Below, one piece after another: positions 56,144 to 64,000 of a DNA stretch of 64,000 bases (positions are counted from its first letter, which is position 1; each line of letters starts with the position of its first letter). This stretch comes from an uncultured Rubrobacteraceae bacterium (GTDB lineage Bacteria; Actinomycetota; Rubrobacteria; Rubrobacterales; Rubrobacteraceae): the NCBI GenBank assembly GCA_963769655.1, contig CAVYMT010000004.1:856-64855 (forward strand). The letters run 5' to 3'. The position numbers and the translations under genes were made by a program. The notes beneath the pieces were generated by a model, which saw only the letters and a program-made list of their open reading frames with translations, did not search any database and had not been told where the DNA came from.

Positions 56144-56929
56144 CTAGCCAGGGACCAGCCGGTATCCGCGAACGTAGTCCACGACGAACTCTTTCGGGTA
56201 GGGTCCCGAGCTCGTTCTGTCGCCGGCCTCGTCGGGGAACTCGTAGAGGCTGAGCATGAGCTGCATCGGGTAGCACGGGGATTGTCCGACCGTCTTGATG
56301 CGCTCGCCGTCGATAAAGAACTCTACCTGCTCGGGCGTCCACTCCGCCGCGTAGACGTGGAACTCACGGGCGTCTATCGGCACCCGCTCGGCCGCGAAGT
56401 CGTCTGTGATGCGTGGGTCACCGAAGGGGTGCACGCCGATGCCGACCGCGGCGTGGTCCGTCGACACGGCGCGCCCGAAGATCTCACACACGCATATCTC
56501 CGCCGAACGCTCCGGCTCGTCCTCGTAGCCGATCATCCACAGGGCGACCATGCAGCGGTGGTCGTCGGTGGCCCTGGCGCGCAGCTCGATCCGGCCGTAG
56601 CGCGGGGTGTACAGCCGGAAATTCTCCTGCGCCTCGCGCACGACGGCCTCGGGCGCGAAGCGGTGCTGCCCGACCTTGCTGCCAACCGGACCCGCGAAGA
56701 TGCCGGTCTGCAGCGACGAGACGCGGACCTCGCCGTCGAACTCGGGGCACCAGGGCAGTTGGTCGGCCTCTATCCGCAACCGCAGACGGCCTCCGCCCAC
56801 CGCGTAACGCGCCGCGGAGCGCTCGCGGCTGCTCCACTGCGGCAGGTAGTGCGGAACCCATCGTTGCTCGTCCAGCGCGTCGCCGCCGAACGTGTCCTCG
56901 AACTCGAGCTCGTACCGCGTCGCGCTCAC
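56144..56929 (-). CDS. GH16-like (concanavalin-A-fold) glycoside hydrolase
   Basis: FEDTFGGDALDEQRW...YGRIELRARA...VALWMIGYEDEPERSAEICVCEIFG resembles GH16, with EICVCE at the ExDxxE position. GTG 56929 preferred. Confidence 0.6.
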   Translation of the reverse strand: MSATRYELEFEDTFGGDALDEQRWVPHYLPQWSSRERSAARYAVGGGRLRLRIEADQLPWCPEFDGEVRVSSLQTGIFAGPVGSKVGQHRFAPEAVVREAQENFRLYTPRYGRIELRARATDDHRCMVALWMIGYEDEPERSAEICVCEIFGRAVSTDHAAVGIGVHPFGDPRITDDFAAERVPIDAREFHVYAAEWTPEQVEFFIDGERIKTVGQSPCYPMQLMLSLYEFPDEAGDRTSSGPYPKEFVVDYVRGYRLVPG

Positions 56930-57209
56930 AAGTGCCGCCCCATGCCACCCACACGATATGCCTGCGGCGATGGCGCCGCAAGCCACGCTCCGAGAACGTC
57001 CCACCCTCGCAAGCCGGAAGAAGGACACCGAGCGCGCGGCACAGGCCGCGGCGAGGATCCGAGGTCATAGCCCAGCGTCGATCTCCCTGACACCGCCGAC
57101 AATGGGCTACAATGCGCAGCCTTGCCGACTGGGTTTTTCGGTATCCAGGCCCCTGCCCGCACGGCGCCCAACGAAATAGGTCTCCGGGAGAGGTGCGCCG
57201 GCCCGCCCT

Positions 57210-58792
57210 TTACGGCAGCAGCACCACCGCGTCGCCGATCGGCCGCTCGCCGGTCGCGTCGGAGGGACGGGTGACGAGCTGTCCGCCGACCGTCATCCCG
57301 GTGGAGCCGCCGCCGTCGAGGTTGACGGCCTCCTCGGCCCGTAGGGCGTCCATGATCGCCGCGCTCTCCTCGAAGCTGGCGCCGACGCTGTAGCCGGGCC
57401 TGCCGGCCGTCTACAGCCACGAGGAGCAGGTTGCCGCCGGGCGTAATCCCGGCCAGGGTGCGCGGGTTGCGTCGCTCACCGAAGCGGTAGTAGAACTCCG
57501 GATCCTCCGGGTAGACGAAGCCCTCGACGAAGGCGGTGATCTCCGGTTCGCCGCTCGTCGAGGAGCCGTGGGCCGCCGTTCACGACGCCGGTGCCGTCGC
57601 TCGAGCGGCGCGCCGTCCGACCGGAGACGTTGGCTCTGAGACGCGGATCCTCTGCCCCGGCGTGGCGTGGGCCCGGAGCCAGTCGGCGCCCTCCCGGTGC
57701 CGGAGAGGACGGAGCCGTCCGGCGGGATGGGTCCGCCGCGCCCTTCGCGCAGCGCCGTCACCCGGCCCGAGGCGTCGAGGACGGCCTCGGCGCCCTCGCC
57801 GGGCTCCGTGTTCGCGCCGAAGATGGGGGTGAAGAGGATCAGCTCGCACCCGTCCGTGCAGGTGAAGTCGTGCTTGGGCCTCTCGGTCGGCGCGTCCCCG
57901 CCCTCGCCGCCGCAGCCACGGATCAGGCCCGGCTCACGGTTCTTGCCGTCGACCTCGCGCCTCGCCCCGTCCGAGGCCTTCGGCACGAGATCTCGTCCGA
58001 GAGGGCCGCCACGTCGGCGCCCGCGCCGTCGCCCTCGGGTAGCACGAGGCTCGTGCGGCCGTCGACCGCCTCGCTGACGAGGTCGCCTTCGAGCACGGAG
58101 ATGCCGGCGAGGTCCCCGGCGTGCCGTCGGTCTCGCCGATCACGAAGTAGCCGCCGTTTATGGCCGCCAGGGCGTCCGTGCGGGCCGAGATGGACGTCAG
58201 CAGCTCCCGCTCCGGCACGACCTCCGTCGCCAGCTCCGGGCGCGAGCCTGCCCGCCGTAGCGGTCGGGGTTGACCTTCAGGACGTGGACCACCCACGGCC
58301 CCGTCGTCTTGCCGCCGTCCTCGCCGGTGTAGACCGTGCGGAGGCCCGCGTATCCGTCGGCGGTGAGCTCGGCGCGCAGGGCGTCGGCCTCGGCCTGCGT
58401 GTCGAAGGAGCCGACGCGGACCAGGTAGCCCGAGAGGACCTCGCCGGGTCGTCAGGGGCCCGGTCGCAGACCTCTACGACGCGGGGCTCGTAGCCGTCGG
58501 CCCGCAGCTCGGCGGCGACGCTCCGCGGCCGCGGCACGGTCGGCCTCGAACGCCACGTCCACGGTGTAGAAGTCTTTCGTGGACGCACGGCCCCGCTCGA
58601 TGCGGGTGTAGGTGACGCCGGGGGAGACCCGCTGGCGGTCCCGATCCTCCTCCAGACCGGGTTCGCCGAGCGGCAGCTCGCGGGCCAGAGCCTTCTCGGG
58701 CTCGGCGCTGGCGAGACCCGGCAGCGAGGGCCAGCGTGCGCCAGGAAGAGGACACCGAGCGTGCCAGTAGCAGGCCGTGGTGAGGGCTTCAT
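57210..58792 (-). pseudogene. phosphodiester glycosidase (NAGPA/DUF2233) family exported protein, many frameshifts
   Basis: Recognisable blocks lie in alternating frames: signal-like MKPSPRPATGTLGVLFLAHA; YTRIERGRASTKDFYTVDVAFE; AAELRADGYEPRVVEVCD; LAAINGGYFVIGETDGTPG; LLLVAVDGRQ; VNLDGGGSTGMTVGGQLVTRPSDATGERPIGDAVVLLP*. Confidence 0.7.
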
Positions 58793-58816
58793 GGGCTTCC
58801 TTCCACCTTCCTCGTG

Positions 58817-59823
58817 CTACGGCGCCACGTTCTCCTCGACGATCTCCGGCTCGAAGGAGAACACCTCCTCGTCTCGCGGTGTCGACCGTGGCGCGGACCC
58901 AGTGCACGTCGGGGTCGCCGAAGGTCTCGACGCGGGTGAAGTTCAGGACGCGGGTCTCCTCGTTGCCCTCCTCGGCGATAGACGGGCTTGTCGATGCGGA
59001 AGTAGTGGCTGTCGCCGTGCACGAGGACGACCGGCCTGCTCGAAGGCGATGGCCTCGCGCTCGCAGGGCCTCCTTGAACTCGGCGAAGCCGGAGGGCTCG
59101 GCCGTGTCCTCCTCGAAGGGGTTGGCCTGGATCACGAGCATCACGGCCGTCGCTGCCGTCGCGCCTCGGCCTTGTCGAAGGTCCCGCGCAGCCACTCCAG
59201 GTTGGCGGCGTTGCGGGCCTCGTACTCCTGCCTCGTTACCGACGACCGTGCCGTCAGGAAGCGTGGTCGGGCGGTTGTTGTTCGAGCCGACGACGTGCAG
59301 GGTGGCGAAGGTCACGCCGCCACTGCTCCAGCGGGCGTTCTCCGGGTACTCCTCGCTCTGGCGCTGGAGCGGGATCTCCTTGCGGCCCAGCGACGTCGTC
59401 GTCGGCGAAGAAGGTGCTCGCGCACGAGCTCCAGGCGGTTCAGCGGGTCGGCCTCCTCGGCGTCGGGTTCGGCGGGCGGTGGCAGTCCGTCCACTCGTTG
59501 TCGCCCGGCGTGTAGACGAACGGGTTCCTGGAGACTTCGAACCGCCGGAACTCCTTCCGGTAGACGTCGTCCGTGCAGGCCGAGGAGCCGCTCTTGATGT
59601 CGCCGTCGTGGGCGACGAAGGCCAGCTTCTCGCCGTTCAGCTCGTCGAGAAGGTTATCCGCTTCCTGCTCCTGCTCCGGCGCGTACGGGAAATCGCCGAT
59701 CAAGCCGACGTCGAAAGCCTGCGCCTCCTTCCCGGACGAGTTCGGCACGGCGAGGGCCGCCGTTGCGGTTAGGGCCACGAAGATCGCCAGCATCATGGCC
59801 GTCGCGACGCGTCTGGTGTTCAT
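58817..59823 (-). pseudogene. exported metallophosphoesterase, several frameshifts
   Basis: MNTRRVATAMMLAIFVALTATAALA signal; LIGDFPY...FVAHDGDIKSG...YTPGDNEWTDC; TFATLHVVGSNNN; GDPDVHWVRATVDT...EIVEENVAP*, spread over different frames. Confidence 0.7.
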
Positions 59824-59949
59824 GCGAAAGCTCCTAGTCTCTTGTGGTGGCGCCGCCCGGAAAGGCCGTCGATGCATTTCGCAGAAGCGACGGGGAGACC
59901 GGACGGGTCCCCCCATTCGGCGGCATATTCTCCGGTCGGGCATGTACGT

Positions 59950-61471
59950 CTAGGCGAGCGGGACGCCGAGGCGGTCGAAGGCGGCGGCTTCGAGCTCGCT
60001 CATGCCGTACCTCTGCGGCGGCCTCCGAGAGCTCACCGGAGACCTGCGGGCGAGCTTCTTCGGGGGCTCGGCGTGGGCCATCTGGCGCTGCCGGCCGGCG
60101 TTTGCGCGGCTTGAATGGTCCCCAGATGGCGTAGGTGATGCCGGGGCTCTGGATGTTGACGAAGAACGTCTGGCCGTCGGGCGAGAAGGTGGGGCCGGCG
60201 AACTCGGAGCGTTCGCCCGGGTCTCCGGCGGGCACGCCCGGCGAGCTCTGGAACGGGACGCGGTTGTTGGCGAACACGTAGGAGCGTCCCTCCGGGCGTG
60301 AAGCCGATGATCCGGTTGCCGAAGTCGCCGTCCTCGGCCACCCACAGGTCGCCCCAGGGGGTGACGGTGATGTTGTCCGGGCTCTCCAGGCGGTTCTCGT
60401 CCGTGCCCTCGTAGTAGAGCTCGATGGTGTTCGTCGCCGGGAGGTAGCGGAAGATCTGGCCGAGGCGGTCCTCGCCGCCGGCGGTGTCGTCGAACCAGAA
60501 CGCCCCGCCCTTGAAGAACGCGCCCTCGAGGCGGTTGAAGCGGGTGGCGTCCGCGGCCAGGGCGTCTGTCGCGCGGGGTCTCGGGGTTCACGTTGATCCA
60601 GCGCATCGTGAACCGCTGGCCCTGATCTATGAAGTCGGCGTCGCGCCGGCGCCTCGTCGAGCTTGGCGACCTGCAGCGTGCCGCCCTGCTGCAGCGCGCC
60701 GGGCCGCGCCCGGCGGTCGTTGGGCAGGAAGCGGTAGAGGTAGCTGCGGCGGGTGTCCAGGTTCGGGTCATCGTCGTCGATCAGGCCCTCGAAGTCGTCC
60801 TCGGTGAGGTAGGCGATGCCCGTTCTCGGGTCTATGTCGACCGCCTCGTGCGAGAACCGGCCCATGTCCCGGATCGGGGTCCTCGAAAGCTCGTTCTCGG
60901 GGTCGCTCGGGTCGACCTCGAAGACGTAGCCGTGGTCCTGCTCGCCGACGGTCGTGCGGTCCTCCTCGCAGGTCAGCCAGGTGCCCCAGGGGGTGGCGCC
61001 ACCCGCGCAGTTGTTGGCGGAGCCCGAGGAGCTGACGTAGTCCGCGGATCACCCGCCGGTTCGCTCCGACGACGATGGCGGTCGTTCCCCCGGTCTGGGT
61101 GGCATCGTAGGGGTTCCGCCCTCCAGCGGGTTGGCGTCGGCCGGTCCTGAGCTCGTGGTTGCGGACGAGCACGGTGGTGTCGCCCTCGCCCCTGAAGGCC
61201 GCCATGCCGTCGTGGTCTCCGGGAACGGGCGAGCCGTCGGATAGCCGGGTTCCCTCCTCGGAGATCACGCGGTACTCGAAGCCCGCGGGCAGGTCGAGCA
61301 TGCCGCCGGGATCCGGCTGCGTCGGCCCGTACCCGGCCCGCCCGGCCGCCTGCGCCCAACGGCCTCGCCCGAGCCGAGCAGGAGCGCCGCGGCCCCTAGG
61401 CCTCCTACACCTAGAAACGCCCTTCGGCTGACGCGCCTGTCCCAGTTACCGCCGATGCCCAAGTTGCCCAC
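59950..61471 (-). pseudogene. PhoX-like / DUF839 exported phosphatase with a Tat-type signal, many frameshifts (3' limit uncertain, conserved core ends about 60113)
   Basis: RRVSRRAFLGVGGLGAAALLLGS; LPAGFEYRVISEEGTRLSDGSPVPGDHDGMAAF; NCAGGATPWGTWLTCEE; MGRFSHEAVDIDPRTGIAYLTEDD; FAGPTFSPDGQTFFVNIQSPGITYAIWGPF, all in different frames. Confidence 0.65.
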
Positions 61472-61602
61472 CCTCCTCGAGGAGCCATTCGTATCGGCGA
61501 GAGCGTAGCAACGATGCAACGGGGCATGGTTGCAGGACCGTAAACTTTACGTAAAACCTGCGCTACCTGATCCGGAGCAAACCTTCGTGAACCCGTCCGA
61601 AG

Positions 61603-64000
61603 CTAGGATACCGTCTCTACGACGAGCCTCTGCTCGCCTTCCGGCGGGGCCTCGATGAGCACCTCTTTGCCGCGGTTGGTCCCGCGGACCTCGTAATCTT
61701 TCACGGGCTCGCCGTTCAGGGAGACGGTCCCTACCCGCGCATCACGCGGCAATACGTGCCCGACGGTGAGGTCTTGCAGCGCCACGTCGGGGCTCACTAC
61801 CGTTGTATAAGTCGAGTCTCCGGCCTCGGCGGAGACGGAGACCGAGCCGCCGGCCAGGCGGATGTTTTCGCCGGAGATGAGGGATTCGGAGGGGACCTGG
61901 GGGATGATCTCCAGCGTGCCGCGGCCCATGTCGGGGCGGACGCCGAGTTGCTGGTGGACGACGGGCCAGATCGTGCCGTAGGCGCCCCATGCCTGCAGGA
62001 CCATGGCCCGCTCGTTCAGGGGCTTGTCCACGGAGCGGCCGTAGTCCGGGGAGGGGGCTATCTCGGGCATCGCTCCCGGTTGCTCGTCGGGGTCGGGGAG
62101 CTGGAGTCTTGCGTTGGCGGACGTGAAGCGCTGTTGCTGATCCACCCCGAGCCGCCCGTAGTTGCCCTCGGCGACGGCCATGATCGCGGTGTTCAGCGTG
62201 TAGGTGTTCTTCTCCGCCGGCACCTCGGACTCGACCGAATCGCAGCCGGATCCGCCCGTGTGGAAGAGGCCGAAGTCGTCCCCGTAGCATTCCTCTTCGC
62301 GCAGGTCGAGGGCGGGGTTGGCCCTCTCGCGCAGCGCGAGGCCCGGGCGCGTCCCGTCTTCGCGGACCAGCTCCACATCCATGGGGGTCAGCCCGATCCA
62401 ATGCCGCTGCTGGACGGCGTCGTTGCCGGGGTTCTCCAACGAGTCGGCGTGCTGGGGCACGCCCTCCATCCACCACGCGTCTCCGAAGCGGCGCGCCATC
62501 TCGTCCGCCCGCTCCTCGGCCCAACGCGCGGTCTCCTCGTCGCCCTTGCTGCGGGCCATGTCGGCGAGGTCGCGCAGGCCCCGCAGGGTGTAGACAGCGT
62601 TGTCCAGCTTCTCTTCGCCCATCCCTTCGCGCTCGACGTTGCCGAGGCCCTCGGGCCAGAGGTCACCGTCCTCGTCGAGCTCGCGGAAGATAAAGCGCAT
62701 GTTCGCCTCGCAGAAGGCGTACATCTCGTCCCTGAAAGCTTCGTCGCCGGTCCAGCGCCAGATCAGGGCGACGGCCGAGGGGAACTTGGCGGTCTCGTCG
62801 GTGTTGCCGTCGTCGGCGTCGGACCCGAAGAAGACCGAGCCGTCGGTGACGACCTCGTGGACGACCTTGCCGGAGCTCGCGTTGTCCGCCTCGCTGACGT
62901 CCCGCAGCGCCCGCAGGTGGTCCTTTATGGGCCCGAACTGCCCGGCGGCGACGCTCGCGAAGGCGGTGAACTCGCCGTCGGTGCCGAAGAGCCACTGGTA
63001 GTCGGGAAAGCCCGCGCCCAGAAAGCGTGCCCGGCCCACCCGGCCCTCGGGCGCGGGGTAGTTCGCGCCGGAGTTCGTCTCGCGGACCTCGAGGTCCTCG
63101 GCCACCTGCACGGAGTCGGCGAGGTTCTGCTTGCTCCAGTCGATGCTCTCCTCGAGCCTGCGGTCGCCGGGCAGGTCGAGGCGCGTGTACGCCTGCAACT
63201 TGAGGCGTACCGAGACCTTCTCCCGTAGCAACGCCCCGGGGTCCTCGAGCACCGCCGCGTTCTCTTCGAGTGCCGTGGCCCTGGCGTCCGCCGGATCCTC
63301 GCCGTCAGAGTCCGCCCCCGACACGGCGAACCAGACGGTCCGCTCCTCGCCCGCCGGGACGTTGACGTCGTAGGCGAGTTGGCCGCCTCTGCCCTTCCCG
63401 TAGGCCGTGTCGTCGCAGCGGTCGGGGGCCTCGTCGGGGGACGGGGACACACCTCTGCCGGGTCCTGCGGACCCCGGTACGCTTCTCCGGTCTCGCTGCC
63501 GGTCGGATCGAGGTTGGATCCCACGACCGCCGCCCAGTCGTGGGGCTCGGCGTTCTGCGCGTCCGGCGTGCCCTTCTCCCGGAAGACAAGCTTCCCTTCT
63601 TCGACGGAGACCTCGTCCTCCAGGTTGAAGTCCTGCTGGTTCGGCGTCGTCTCGCCCCACGGGTAGGCGCCCATGAGCTCGGAGTGGGCCTGCACCCTCA
63701 GGGTGAAGCTGCGGTCGGCCTCGCCAGCCGCGAACGTGAGGCCGAATAGGGCGGCGCGATGGCCGTCGGGGACGAAGTCGGTGCGGCTTATCTCGAGGCC
63801 GTCGCGGTCGGGGAGGTCCATCTCAACATAGCCGTAGCCGGTGGTGAACTCCGTGGCCGGGCCGATCCAATCGTCCCCGATGCCGAACCAGAGACCGTCG
63901 AGGAGCTTGATCGGGGGCGCCCACACCCCGCCCATCTCCCCGCGGGTGTGGAACCCCATCGCCGGGAACCGCCCGTCCTCGGTTCCAGCGACGTAGCCTC
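61603..64000 (-). pseudogene. large six-hairpin glycosidase (glycogen-debranching / GDE_C-like), one frameshift near 63455; the 5' end lies beyond the window
   Basis: 685-aa ORF with ...GFPDYQWLFGTDGEF...LWPEGLGNVEREGMGEEKLDNAVY...MVLQAWGAYG... The upstream frame (GEMGGVWAPPIKLLDGLWFG...) stays open to position 64000. Confidence 0.7.

Noticed and set aside
1-64000. tRNA, rRNA and CRISPR arrays.
   Set aside because: I scanned both strands by eye for T-arm consensus (GGTTCGANTCC and its reverse complement) and for regularly spaced direct repeats. The only partial matches (for example GGAGTCGAACCC at about 15806) lie inside well-supported coding sequence. No array-like repeats were seen.

Overview
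GC-rich, actinobacterial-type chromosomal segment (about two-thirds G+C by eye, strong G/C bias at third codon positions). All homology calls come from reading the ORF-track translations and my own hand translations; nothing was computed or searched. I support about 60 genes or gene remnants and found no rRNA, tRNA or CRISPR. Layout: (1) 1-7.3 kb holds an amidohydrolase-MFS-GntR operon and small accessory genes. (2) 7.4-12 kb is a decay zone: a membrane gene with an in-frame TAA, two related IS5-family elements nested tail-to-tail inside a short intergenic repeat, and three gene fragments. (3) 12-16.8 kb is a sugar-type SDR / TIM-barrel isomerase / Gfo-Idh-MocA / DUF4432 operon. (4) 17-19 kb has an ECF sigma factor translationally coupled to an Ogt-Ada(Zn) fusion, followed by a second Ogt. 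(5) 19-31 kb has PadR, VOC, HDAC, methyltransferase, PRTase, a frameshifted SRAP-psuG-psuK run, DUF3105, and a TrpB2 / formamidase-like hydrolase / cupin group. (6) 31-37 kb has DUF2252, a phospholipase-D protein and a frameshifted MalT/LuxR-type regulator. (7) 37-56 kb is a membrane and stress island: HdeD, two GAP/Sap proteins, arylsulfatase, two AI-2E transporters, two CPA1 antiporters, two DUF1269 proteins, DUF7144-like, DUF6325-like, SHOCT, glutamate decarboxylase, class-II amidotransferase and EamA. (8) 56-64 kb has a GH16-like gene, three heavily frameshifted exported phosphatase-type genes, and a large six-hairpin glycosidase running off the window. The strongest leads are three. First, a 76-nt leader element in two long copies (65/76 identical, ungapped) plus two short variants built around a CCCCTAGGGG palindrome, always in the orientation of the downstream stress-type gene; I cannot assign it to a known RNA or promoter class. 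Second, the ECF sigma / Ogt-Ada(Zn) pairing, where the alkyltransferase sits in the anti-sigma slot. Third, a GadC-less glutamate decarboxylase module. Many genes carry frameshifts clustered in a few regions, and I cannot tell real pseudogenisation from assembly indels.
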